Positions 24,090-36,609 are shown, counted from the stretch's first letter. The stretch: 64,000 nt of DNA from Marsupella aquatica (GCA_973895155.1 OZ316898.1:13360330-13424329); one strand, 5' to 3'. Numbers and translations: made by a program. Notes: generated from the sequence alone by a model not told the origin.

Positions 24090-24660
24090 GTGGACAGAGA
24101 TCATCCCTGTCCAAGTAGAGTCCAAGTAGAAGATAGTGATCTTTATTAGGAATTGGATAGAGATGATCTCTGTCCAAACTGAGGACAGAGATCATCCCTG
24201 TCCAATTGGATAGGGATCATCTATTTCCAAAATGACGATAGAGGATGTCCAACCAGAGGATCGAAACTGTTCTATCAGAGGATGCTGAGGATCTTTATTT
24301 GGAATTGGATAGAGATGATCCCTATCCAAGTAGAGGATAGAGATGATCCCTGTCCAATTCCTAATAAAGATCGTCAGTATCCTCTGATCGAACAAAGATG
24401 ATCTTTATTAGGAATTGGACAGAGATCATCTCTATCCAAGTAGAGGATAGAGATCATCCCTATCCAAGTAGAGGATAGAGATCATCCCTATCCAAGTAGA
24501 GGATAGGGATGATCCCTGTCCAATTCCTAATAAAGATTGTCAAAATCCTTTGATCAAACAAAGATATCTTTGTTACAAATTGGACAGAGATCATCCCTAT
24601 CCAAGTAGAGGATAGAGATCATCCCTGTCCAATTGGATAGGGATCATCTCTGTCCAAACT
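24090..24660. repeat. Second array of the outer-element palindrome, filling intron 1 of the outer ParB-MTase gene
   Basis: More than 10 copies of GGAYAGRGATSATCYCTRTCC, beginning right after the inner element's right TIR. Confidence 0.9.
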
Positions 24661-24734
24661 GTGAGAGAACCTCATCTTTGTCGATTACAAATTATGATTT
24701 TCCAAACTAATATGCATGGATGGGACTATTGCAG

Positions 24735-27700
24735 GGAGCGATCTAAATGGATTGAAACCAACAATTTCAGAATCAGATTGCTTCGAGGGAGTCTTGTTGG
24801 AGCAGAGAAAACCAGATTTTCGTTGGGGCCTTGAGTTCTCTAGAGTTGATTTTGATTTCCTTAGCACGTCAGAGAGACGGGATCCCATTTTGTGCATAAA
24901 GGTCAGAACAGAAGATCAAGAGACTCTTGTACTCGGACCTGTAGTCTTCATTGGAATTGAAGGAAGAGGGTTTGTTTCCATCATTCTTGAACTCCATGAA
25001 AGGATACGATGGGTTAAGCTACATCTACCATCAAAGGCGTATTCTTCAGAGTTCAATGTTGAGTGGTCTGCTGCTGGAGAACTTGGCGTGATGGCAATGG
25101 GCTTTTTCCCTAAGTCGTATTCAACTCAAAAGGTGATTGCTGGAGTGAAGGGGATTCTTCCACTTGACATCATGTATGGGTTCCAATATGTGAAGCTGAA
25201 TATCCATAAACACCAAGGGAATTATACATTTTTGGTGACATGGATTTTAAATAATTTGCTTGACAAGGCAGGATTCCTATCTTCGGAATCAGGTGTTTGC
25301 CTTGACAAGCAAATTGCATTTGCAGAGGAGTTTGCGATGGACAATGCAAAAAAGTGGGTAGAATCATTACCCAAGCCTACAAATGTTGCACCAGTAGTGG
25401 TGAACGAGCTTCCAGTAGTTGTTAACAAAGAAGTTCCCAAAGAAGTTCCCAAACCTAGAAAAATATCTCAAGAGACAACAACAGGGACTGCAGGAACAAC
25501 GGCTGGGACAAGCACCAAACAAGTGGTAGGGAAGCGAAGACTAAGAGAGAGGAAGGGTCGCGAGAAAATTGAGACATTGCCGAAGGAACCCGAGAAGAAG
25601 CCAGTAGCGAAGAAACATAAAACTGACAAGTCTCTTTTGCGGTCAACCCCTGCGGACGTACAGATGCTCCCAGAAGATGAGGGAGACAAACTTGATGCCC
25701 TTGAGGAGAAGAAGGTCTTAGAAGGAAATGATGTTCTCCAGAGAATAGAGCAGTACTATACTTTTGGGATAAATGAACTGTTTTCTATTCCAGTGGAGAA
25801 AATTGTGCCTGCACCTGCAAGATTATGTTACAGGATGCTCAGTAGTACCCATGTGAAGCACATAGCCGAATCCATGGTCAAAAACCCCGGACATGAACCT
25901 CACGTCGCGGACCTGCTTCCTTATAGTTTGAAGCTTAGAAAGTTGCTCCATTTTGACAGCACGAAGAATGACCGCAAAGACTTTCTTGCAGGAGTGAAGA
26001 AAGGCGAGATTGGTTTCTTTGCCATCAGTGGGCAACATTCGGCTAGGGCGGCCAAGTGGGTTCTCGAATGGGCCAAAACTGATGCCAAGCTCACAGTGTT
26101 GGCAAAAAAGTTAAAATACAGGAAGTCTAGATTATTGTCAGACCATACACCATCGGCTATATTGGTTGAGCACTCAATGAGATCAAATGCCATCAATTCG
26201 ACGATGGTGTTTCAATCCTGCTTCAAAGATACAATTGTTCATGCAAGGAAACAATTCCTTGAATGCGGAGGACCAAGAAAGCCAAAGCACGGGGACAACA
26301 AGTCAAATGCCCAAGAGAATCAAAAATTTCAGGTGAGAAACACTTTTCTTGTTTGGACAGAGATGGTCTCTGTCCAAGAGTGTGACCGTCCGTTACATTG
26401 ATTTTAGTTCAATATATTTCTGGTTATGATTTGGATGGAGATGGTCTCTATCCAAGAGTGTGATCGTCCATTCTAGAGATTTCTCTTCCTTCTACTTTTG
26501 GTTATGACTTGGATGGAGATGATCTCTGTCCAAGAGTGTCATCGTCCATTCCAAAGATTTCTCTTCCTTCTACTTTTGGTTATGACTTGGATGGAGATGA
26601 TCTCTGTCCAAGAGTGTCATCGTCCATTCAAGAGATTTCTCTTCCTTTTACTTTTAGTTATGACTTGGATGGAGATGGTCTCTGTCCAACAAGCAAGTGA
26701 TAGTTTGTTGTCAAATCTCATTGATTGTAGATAACTTATTTTCCCCTAATTTTGACTGTAGGATTATTTGGCATTGGCAAGGATGACCATGTGGAGAAAA
26801 GACTTGAAAAATGTATATTGGTTGCTCTTTGCCGAGAATGATCTTTTCGAGCTCTGGCGATTAGTGTGCCAGATGTGGATTGATGGACATCTTCCTGATG
26901 GAGCTGGTACACAGGGAAACAAAAGGTCCAAAAAGGGTATAACGGTCGCAATGTTCGTTGTTTTGATGGTGAAATATCAAGTAGAGATTTGACCAGAATT
27001 TTGAACAAGGTGAAGTCAAGTCAAGTTTTATTGAAGAAGGATCCGACAAATAAGTTAGATGTTCCAGCAATGGAGGACTTTGCAAAGGAGGTGAAGATAT
27101 TGATCAAATTGAAGTCTCTTATTGGAGATTACTACTTCAAGAAGGATCCGAAAAACTTCCCAGCAGATAGTGATTGGGTTAAAGTAATTGAGGTCCTCCC
27201 ATTGTTAGGTGCCGAGTCGGAGTTGAACAGGTGCTGAAGAGCGGCTGGTGAAGTATGGTTGACAAATTTATTGAAGTCTAATCATACAAAGGAGAGTGAG
27301 ATATTGCCAATGACATTGGTGATGCGTCTAGATGATATTTACTGTCAGAAGTTTGGCGGGGGGACAAGTTCTCGGACCCAACTGTGGGTCACATTTTTTA
27401 GTAACAACCTAATGAAGACAGTCGATCCGGAGTCGTTGGAAGAACAATCTCCAACATGCCCTCTTGCAATTGTTGATTTCAGCCGACTTCAACAGAAGGA
27501 GTGGACCGAAGCAGAGATTTTGGTACTCTTCCAATACATAGTAGAGCTACCACGGAATCCCACCATTGTTGTGATGATAACTGTCCATCCGGGTTACCTT
27601 GTACTGAATGTCCTAAGCGCTCTTCGTAAATTAGGACATTCAAAAACTCTGACTATTCACATTGAGTATGGGAGTTATTACCGAGATGATCAACCTCACC

Positions 27701-28719
27701 CTCACGACTCATGTTGGAAGGGAGGAATAGAAGAAGTTATCTTTGCGGAAATTTCTCGCGAAGAGAACGTCAGCTGGGATGAAGTGTTCAAGCCCAACCA
27801 GATGAAGCCAAAATGGGTGTACGGTGAAAAGGATACTGATTTCGTGGTTGAGAAGGTCAAGGGAAAGGGAAAGGCAAAGGGCACGGACGAGGAGTCATTA
27901 CATGAAGATCTAAGAAATATGATGACCCCAGAAGAGGCAGCAATACTTCTGCACATGGCACCTCGATTTGAGACGGTCGGCGCTCGGGGTGGGTGGGTGA
28001 ATCCTCACGCCAAACCCACACGGATGATCCAAAAGATCATCCAAACACTGTCCGAGCCGGGGGATTTGATTCTTGACTTTTTCTCTGGCGGTCAAGTGAT
28101 GAAGGCATCCTTTTTTTCTCAACGTGAATGTTTTGTTTATTGTGACTCTCAACATGAGAGACATTTTGTGGAAGCATATGCTTCGTTCCTTTGTGAGAAG
28201 GTTCCCACCATCAAAGATCGTTATGATCGCTATGTCGGTGGAAGTTCTAGACATTGGGAACCCTCTTCTGCTGCTGTTGCTATTGACGATGAATCAGATG
28301 GTGATCAAGAAGATGGAGCTGACCAATCAGTCAAAGACGATGGGCCATTGGAGGAGGCATACGTGAAGAATTTGGATGACCGAGTTGGCGAGGGTGAAAA
28401 TATTGACCTTGTGGAAGACGATATGATTGTTGGATCTGCACCTTGCAGTTCACCAATTACAGATGTTGCCCCCATGGGACCCAATGAGGGCCAGTATGAT
28501 GATAACTTGGATAGAGATGGTCTCCATCCACAATTGCCTGGACAAGAGATGGAAGCTGATACATTTGAAAAACTGTCTTCAAACAACCTTCTCAATCAAG
28601 GTGCGGAGAGGCATGGTGAGTCCAATGAACTCGACACATTGGGATTGAGACCACAACCCATCCAAATAGCTGACATTCCTGTGAATGAAGCAAGTGCATC
28701 CACGACTGCTGACAACTAG
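24735..28719 (+). pseudogene. ParB-like + beta-class methyltransferase-fold fusion (outer element), disrupted
   Basis: Exon 24735-26332 has YRMLSSTHVKHIAESM..FFAISGQHSARA. Exon from 26762 has a frameshift at about 26954 and a TGA at 27235-27237. NPHAKPTRMIQKIIQTLSEPGDLILDFFSGG matches motifs X/I. The motif IV position reads LAIVDFSRL. Confidence 0.8.
26350..26690 (+). repeat. Intronic 78-bp tandem repeat containing the outer palindrome variant GGATGGAGATGATCTCTGTCC
   Basis: Units recur at about 26423, 26501, 26579 and 26657 within intron 26333-26761. Confidence 0.88.
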
Positions 28720-29288
28720 GCAGGTGCTTCAATTTGTCCCGATACACTCTTTTCCACTTCTGATGACAAATTGGTGTTTGTTCAATCACAATCAAGAAGT
28801 CCCGTTATCCTTCCACTCTCAAAAAAGAAAGGGAAGAGAGTAGGATCAACTGGATATAAGTCACTTGAATATGATTGTCGATGTTAAGTGTGGAAAAGTG
28901 GACCCGATGTAGGAACTGAAGTTGCGTTGGATGCTGCTCAATCAATTTTGAACAATGACTCGTACAAAAAGCACAAGAAAGATCCAACTTATAGAAGTGG
29001 AGAATTGGGATTGATAACTCCGGTTTGGTCTGCACCTTATTGGATAGAGGAGAGTACCTCCGATGTCAATTATGAGATCCAACAAGAGCTCAGTGATGAT
29101 ATCTTGATTGATGAATATGGATCGCATTGTTAGCCAAGGTCTAGATTGAGCGATGTGACCTTATCAATTTGATATAATATAGTCTGTATAATTATACTTC
29201 AAGTTTAACAATTAGAGCATCAGTATCAATATCCATCTCCTCTTTACGGTTTCTCAATGAATACGATCAGTATGCAGATATATTTTCT

Positions 29289-30422
29289 TTGTGGTTGGCC
29301 ACTTGTGTTCGGTTGACAGAGATGATCTCTATCCAAACTTCAAATGTGGTTTTTTCTCTAAGATTGGTATTTGTTGCACTTGCAGAACCAAGACTTTGTT
29401 CCATCAAGCGCAAATTGCTGATTTTGGATCTTAACAAAATACTTTGGGATTCAGTTGAATTCCAAAGCAAGGGCAAATCCAGAAATGTTGTGACCCCAAC
29501 TGGAGTGCATTGGGATAGAAAAAATGGAATTAGTCGCATGTACACAAAAAGGCCAGGGCTCCATGAGTTTCTAAAGTTGGTTTTTGACCGATTTGACGTT
29601 GCAATTTGGACATGTGCTGGGGTACATCGAACAGTGAAAATGCTGAACATGATGTTCACTGCTGAGGAGCGGTTGAAACTTAAGTTTGTATTCACACATG
29701 TGGAAGCCTTTGACACAGGCATTCAAAGGCGTGACATTACAAACGGAAAGGCAAATGTGCTACTGAAGGATTTTCGGGTGGTATGGAGTGGATTTGGAAA
29801 TCTATATGATGAAACCAACACCCTCCTTGTGGATGACTCCCCCCTTAAGGCATTTGCCAACCCAAGCATGACCGGACTATTTCCAGTGCCCTACACGCAT
29901 GCCAATGGTGGAGATAATTTTCTTCTAACAATTCTTTGGCCTTGTCTTGAGAAACTATCCCATGCAAGTGACATTAGATGTTATCTTCTTCTTAACTCTC
30001 CACTGTGGTCTCTATTGCACATAAAGAGAGACAAGGTAAAAAATGAAATTACTTATGATCAACTTAGTAAGAGATGTGCAACAAAAATTTGGAAGTCACA
30101 GTTTATGCATAGTGTGTTGGACCTCAATAGCAATGAGATTCCTTGGAACGTGAAGCATCGTATATGTAGTTTACGTCCTGAGGCTGAACTTGATGATGCA
30201 CTTGTCACGTCACTTGCTAAAGCATTTGTAGGAAGGGACTATTCAGGTCCACATAGAGAAAATCCCAGACACTTTTTGCGGGAGATTATAGCCATTAGGA
30301 ACAACACCACCAAGTTTCAGCTCCCTAAAGATAAAGGGACTTGCAACCGTGACACTAGGGTAGATAGTAAAGGAGACAGGGGCACGTGCTCAAATACACA
30401 TTGTAAGGAGCACTTTGTTTAG
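29289..30422 (+). CDS. FCP1/SCP (NIF) HAD-family phosphatase-like protein, cargo of outer element
   Basis: KLLILDLNKIL, KRPGLHEFLK..FDVAIWT, LLKDFRVVW, NTLLVDDSPLKAFANP. Probable acceptor TTGCAG at about 29384, so the true start is unresolved. Confidence 0.82.
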   Translation: MWLATCVRLTEMISIQTSNVVFSLRLVFVALAEPRLCSIKRKLLILDLNKILWDSVEFQSKGKSRNVVTPTGVHWDRKNGISRMYTKRPGLHEFLKLVFDRFDVAIWTCAGVHRTVKMLNMMFTAEERLKLKFVFTHVEAFDTGIQRRDITNGKANVLLKDFRVVWSGFGNLYDETNTLLVDDSPLKAFANPSMTGLFPVPYTHANGGDNFLLTILWPCLEKLSHASDIRCYLLLNSPLWSLLHIKRDKVKNEITYDQLSKRCATKIWKSQFMHSVLDLNSNEIPWNVKHRICSLRPEAELDDALVTSLAKAFVGRDYSGPHRENPRHFLREIIAIRNNTTKFQLPKDKGTCNRDTRVDSKGDRGTCSNTHCKEHFV

Positions 30423-30809
30423 AGATCTAACTCATGTTAAGCCCCTTAGATAGAAGAAAGACATTGTAAATTTGGAGATAATTGTATATTATTTTATAAT
30501 CTATTTGGAGTTATGTCATTTTGTTCACACATATTCAAGGGTTTCTTTGTGCTGAAATGTTTTTATAAGTATGATCTCTATCCTACTATTCTTTGTGAAT
30601 TAATAAATAATGATCTCTATCCTATTATTCTTTGTGAATCAATATATGATATAATATGTATTATTTATTAATATAATACTAATATGATTTGGCCTATAAA
30701 GTGTACATTTAGGGACCAAAAAGTGTACATTTGGGGACATGAAAGTGTACATTTCAAGACTGATTTGTGAACAAAAGAAAATACACTTTTAATGAATAGG
30801 CTGATGTAT

Positions 30810-32716
30810 GTGATCATTCCTTGTAGTGCACCCACAAAAACCAGCTCCGTAATGGCTAGGGAACTTCATCTTGCTTATCATCCCATTCATGTCCTTCAAA
30901 ACCTCTCTTGGCAAAATCCAAGGACCAGGAGGTTTCTCCCCAGTACGTGTTAACTCTTCACTACTCCAACCCTCTCAGCATCCTCTCGGACTCCACGAGT
31001 GTCATTTGTCCCATAAATGTGCTTCACCAAGTTCTTAGCAACATTCACTTCAATGTGCATGGGGTCCAACAACCATCGAACCTGGAGTCTCTGGAAATTG
31101 AAATAACATATTGAATCAGTTGCAATCTCTAAATTAAGCATTTTATTGGTCTAATTTGCTGTAAAGGAACCATGCACTTCTATCACTTACCCTCCAATAA
31201 GGCAAGTCCCACATGTTAGCTAAGCGTCGATTTACTCCACAATCCTTGGGTTTCAGTAACTTTGCTTCCACCTTCTCTACCATTTGAATTTGTCCTTCAG
31301 CTGAAGGGCCATTAGGACATGGCCGCACTTCAGTCTCTGCCCAATGTGTTGTGTTTTGTCGCAAGTGGTCATCCATTGCCAACCGGACCCTACTGCCCTC
31401 ATATGTGGTTTTGTGCAGTAGTCTTGAGTACCTCCCACGCAACTCTGGGCCACATGAAGGGCAAGCTGAAAAACCTGCCACCTTCAGGCCAGATATTGTC
31501 CCCATACCTGCCATTTCATTGAACCATGTTCAGACCACAAATAACCCCAACACTTGCATTGTACATGACATTGTGCAAACAATAGCCATTGGGTTGCCCA
31601 ATGAATTACCTGGACCATCTGTGGTGCAATGAGTGATCATCACCCTCATATTGAAGGTCCTGCCATTGCCTGCTTCACAAGTGACATCTGTTGTCACTGC
31701 TCCAACCTCCCACAGATTATGTAGCTCTTCATAAGCTGGAGCCAAACAGATATTAGGATTCTTACAGGCCTTGGGTCCAGGAATTATAGCTAATAGAAGC
31801 ACATGACCCTTCTTCATTGCCAACCATGGAGGGATGTTCTGATTTATCAAAAGAATAGGCTAGATGGACTTAGGCTTCCGTCGTTGTTTATATGGTTCAC
31901 TCCATCGATTGCCAACCCCAAATGAACATTTCTTGGCTCCTGGGCAAAATTTGGCCAAGTGGCATCAATGTGCTTCCACGCTGGACTATCTTGGTGGTAT
32001 TGCATTATCCCTGGTGGGGATTTGTTCTCCACATGCCAAGTCTGTAGTGTGGATAAGTGCTTTTGTCAGTAGAGATGCTGAAGTCGGGGAGTGATTGGGA
32101 AATAACAAAAAACCTGCCAGATCCAATGTAATGTCATCAATTCGACAACAATCACACTAAACGCCCTTCCACACTACGTATTATTAAAACTAACATCGTG
32201 GAGGGCGACGTTTCTTACATACGATGTACCATGCAATGTTAGTTACTGCATCCCATACGACGTAAAAACAAAAAAATGTCAGGTGGAAAGACGTAAAGTG
32301 AGATGGACGACGTAAAGTAATCAATTACAACGTCATGTACGACGTTGTTTGAAAGAATGCAACGTTAAAAGTCGGACTTTCTTTTTCTCTCATTGCGTTG
32401 AGGAAAACATTACCTTTTCTGCAATCTTGTCTCCAATGGTGTCTGGTTGATACCGTGGAAGCCTACAGTGCTCCTCTGGGCAGTGAGTGTGATCCTTGTA
32501 CACCCCTCTATACAAGATGCACCCACCTGGGCACATGTGGATAGTCTCTAAAGCCAATCCAATTAAGGCTAACAACTTCTTAGCCTCCCTCACACATCCA
32601 GGGAGAGTGTTTGGTTGGGGCAAGAGTTTGCCGTGGAACAATTGGAAGAGTGCATCTGTATGGACATCCGAACCATTGAAAACTCCTTGCAAATTCAACA
32701 TCAACAAAGTTGCAGC
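30810..32716 (-). pseudogene. CACTA-1 tnpD central exons (Transposase_21 region), frameshifted
   Basis: IHMCPGGCILY..CP, DSPAWKHID..EPRNVHLGLAIDGVN, NIPPWLAMKK..IIPGPK, ACPSC, LPYW, LDPMHIEVNV, MKFPSHYG found in several frames. Confidence 0.88.
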
Positions 32717-35700
32717 CAACACTAGTAGAAACCGGGGCAATTTAGACCATACCTTATAGGACTATGCCCACTAAGTCCTTTTTCCATACTTAAAACGACT
32801 CGCACCCATTGCACCGGTTTTGTTGAAGACTACAAAAGACTATGAGAGTTTTATGGTTCACTAAAAGACTATGAGAAGTAACCTTGCTACTTTGTGAAGG
32901 GTGAATAGTCTAGCACATCATGGGTAATGTTCACTCTATGTTGAGGAGGGGTAATTCTCCTTCATCTTTGAGCCGAAAGCACCGACGTCTATCGAGTGCC
33001 AAAGAACTGCTGGAGATCGAGCGAATTCACACTCTCAGATGTGGGTCGTGTCAAATTGTTTCCTCCATTGATGGCAGCCTTCTGTGAGATTGATTTATAC
33101 TGTGTGGCTATCTGGGAGTTTTGTCGACTCATTTGACACCGATACTCCCGTGATTTCCTCATACATAGTGCCACTGCCCCCCCGCATTGTGTTCAATCCC
33201 TATAGCTTATAGCTGCACCACTCTTGGTGGCCCTTGCTCATGCCTTGGTTTTTTTTTCTTTTTCCCATTACAATATACACCCCCTTCTTACTAATCAGGT
33301 GGATTAATTTAGTACTAGACAATGCTTTGACACTTTACACTTACACTATGCTGACCTACTGCGCCTTCTAGTGCTTATTCCCTAGTTGTTACTTGTTGCA
33401 TGGACCACTAGAAGAACGGCTTCGCAATCTTTGCCTGATCTGATGACCCTGGTTGAGTAACTCTTTGTTATTGCCTCCTTTGGGTGTTGAGGTTTTATGA
33501 TGCCATTTGGCCTACTGGTTCCCCCATCCGTGGGGTTCACGCGGAATAAATGTAAAATTTCAAACAAAAAAATAAATCTATAAAGAGGGTGATAGCAAGG
33601 GGCATAACTCATTAAATTTCCTTATTTGTGACCAAAAAGGTTTTGGGTTTAATGAAGTGGGGTTCATGGAGGTTGGACCATGGAGGGATGGTCAAGATAT
33701 TCTTGGCCATTACTAAATCCATCTATAAAAGGTCAAGATGCACAAAGGTAGATTTGTACCGGTCCTTTTTCATACATTAGAGCTAGGTCACATTCTTGCA
33801 CCGGGAATATTGCATTTTAGGACCGGATATAATGTTGGGCAACCTTAATCCTGATTACGGCGTGCAATAAAATGTCACTACCGACCATGTATGTGCAAAT
33901 ATGACCATTCATTGCCTAAGTTGGCCATGCAGTAACACTTTGTAGCTTTGTCCCACTTTGGGTGACACTCAACGGCTCACTCAAACGGTAAGGCTGAGTG
34001 GCTTCCCCTAATTCGGTTTCAGGCACTAAACTTCACTTTGGGAGTCTCTTTGGAGTTTTCGCCATTGTCATTGAACTTAGAACGTGAGGGGTGGAGTGTT
34101 CGGGGTTTTACGTAGGGTTTTCCTTTCAGTGTTGCCCACTTTTTGCGACCATTGCGGAGTGAACTTCCCGCTCGTTATGTGCTTGTTTATGCTCTCGAGG
34201 AGCAGTGTTCAGGCAGTTGCAGTGATCTAACCTTGCGCTTGCAGTCTACTCATAGACCTGCATTCCTGATCGATCTCCTTTAGGGACATTTAGTTTTTGG
34301 CTGGTAGGGCGAAGAAGGTTGTGGCTGCTGCAACGTTCGTGAGGAGCTTGTCGGAGTTTGAGGAGTCGGAGGTTGGGGTTTCTTCAAGGTTTTGGGTGAC
34401 AATCTCGGTCACAGTTGTGGTATAGACCCTTTTGTTGCACCCATAACGAGCATCGGGAGGCCGTGAGGCTCATTGGGAGGTCCTTCAGTTGTCAAGCTGC
34501 CGTTGAGCTGGTGAAGTTGCATGCGGGTTGCATCTGTTCTGCGGACACAGTCAATGTGGGAATCCATATTTTCATAGTGCTTGTTCTTGCAAACTGGGAG
34601 CCGAGAGTTTGGAGTCGGGAGCTAAGAAGGGTATTGTTAGGCTTCAATTACTCTGTGGTTTTCTCCAGCTCCATGGTACAGTTTCAATGTTAATGCTTTG
34701 TCCTTGTGCTGGTCTAGGTAGCGCGAGCTTCTACCTATTGCGCCCTCTTGCTGTAAGCGTATTGAGCTGCCAACTGAGTGATTCATATCTGTAGCTGCTT
34801 ACGCGTGATCAAGAGATTGAACAAATGCCTAGTGCTATCCAGCAGGAGAAAACTCTTTTTGGTCACGATCGGGCGTTGGAATATAACTAAGTGCGGCAGA
34901 GCAACACGGGGAGCTGTAGAGTTGCAGACAAGATGCAACTACAGAGGAGGCATTGGGAAGGACACAACGGTGCGGTGAAGGTACAAGGACCGTGGACCCT
35001 AACTTGTTTGCTGCCTTGGGAGGATCCGGAGAGCCCGAGGCGACATGCTTTATTGAGCCTGAGCTAGCTGAATCCAATCCAGGAGTTGTTGCGCTAAGGT
35101 GAGACTTTGAGTTTAGGGTTGCTTCAGTGTCCGAGTAGGTTTTCTCTTTGCGTCGGCAGCTAGAAGGTAAGCTCGGGGGCTTTACAAAGGGTTAGTGTTG
35201 CGGACTTTCCCTCCTGGACGTTGTGTGTCTTCATTTGCAACTTGTTTGTGGACCTGTGATCCTGAGACTGTCAAAATTGTTGTGGCCGCACTGACAACTT
35301 GATGACGCGTTTTGTGGATGCACCGTTAGTAATCGCGAGTACAGCTCTCCAACAATTGCACTTACCATTTTTGACCACCTTGCATGATGTCCATCCGTGG
35401 GCTGGACCCCAAGAAGTAGATTTCGGTAGATTTTGGTAGATTTTGTCTCTGCCCCCGGTCCTCATTTTGTGCAATGTCCGCCTGGCACTTGGTTCTTGAT
35501 CCCTACATTATCGTCTGCCGCTCGGCTGCTTGCGGAAGGGATCAAATAGATTGGAGGTGCTTGGTCTTTTCATTTTGAGTGTCAGAGTTTAGGAGGACAG
35601 CTTGCACCATCGCCGACAAGAATGACCTGCTTGCAGAACAAGAGGGACGAGCGTGAGCTGCTTGCAGAATAGGAGATTGACCGCGAGCACGAGCTGCTTG

Positions 35701-36609
35701 AAAAATAGGAGACTGAGGGCAACCTGCTTCTTTGTTGCTACTCTGGTTGCGCTGCTACATTGGTTGTTGATCTTCACCCACCCACTTGCCTACTCAATTG
35801 ACAGAGTACAGCTTTGTCTCTGCGTCTGTTATTGTTGTCTTTGTCCCTCCCCTTGAAATTGTGGGCCTTAAAAGGTCAGTAAGTTGGCTTATGTAGTTTT
35901 TATGTCCCTCCGCTATGTCAATGCGTGTTTCATTGCATCAGGGCATCAGTCGCTGTTTGCCTATAACCGGACTGTTCATTCTCTGTCCACTCATTTGATG
36001 TAATTCTTCCCATTGCCGCCCAATGCTATGGCGCCCATGCTACAATTTGTGGTTTTTGTCTAAGCACAAATCCTCTCTGTGCCTGGTCTCTGTGTCCCGT
36101 CATTGGGATTGATTGTGTAGACGTTTCCTCTTCTCCCAGTCCTTGTCATCCACCAGCCAAAGCACATTGGATTGTTTTCAAAGGAGGGCTATGTAGTTTG
36201 GAGGGTTTGATCTATGCAGCGGATTTGAGCAGATTGGCGGTTGTTAGTTTCTTCTTGTAAAACCTGTCTGTCTTTTCTGCTTTTGGCCATGCTCCTTCAC
36301 TTCTTGCTGCAAGCTCAATGTGCTTCAGCTATGGCAATATTCACTTACCCTATCCCAACGGCACTACCGTGAGCTATAGGACAGCCAACAGAAGCAGATT
36401 GTATCGATTGCATGTAAGTCAGGGTATTTTATGTATTGCAGAACAACTGTCCAAGTTTGCTGCAATGGCCGGTCTTGCGCAGCTGAATGAGCCAATTTCA
36501 TTTTCCCTGTGCACTTCTATTTCTCAAAGAATTCCCTGGTCATGCTCATTTCCCCCAGAGTTAGAAAACAAAGAAGAAGAGCTGACTAATTGTAATTCCA
36601 ATCCATATC

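Larger units (their letters stand above)
5708..30805. mobile_element. Outer Sola-like DNA transposon (25,098 bp including nested element; about 13.4 kb without it)
   Basis: Perfect 26-bp TIR ATCAGCCTATTCATTAAAAGTGTATT (5708-5733; reverse complement at 30780-30805). 4-bp TSD GTAT at 5704-5707 and 30806-30809. Excision restores the host frame ...RNDHIPPIGLKSHDYH. Encodes a DUF7869-type DDD transposase. Superfamily assignment is inferred from the 4-bp TSD and motifs. Confidence 0.92.

Noticed and set aside
15556-28719. Bacterial or phage contamination, or a restriction-modification locus
   Set aside because: The genes have phase-compatible GT-AG introns and sit inside TIR/TSD-bounded elements nested in a plant CACTA gene. 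No endonuclease partner was recognised.
33873-35296. Solo LTR (TGTCA...TGACA) inside CACTA-2
   Set aside because: The flanks (TAAAA vs ACTTG) do not form a TSD and no PBS or PPT was recognised; left uncalled.
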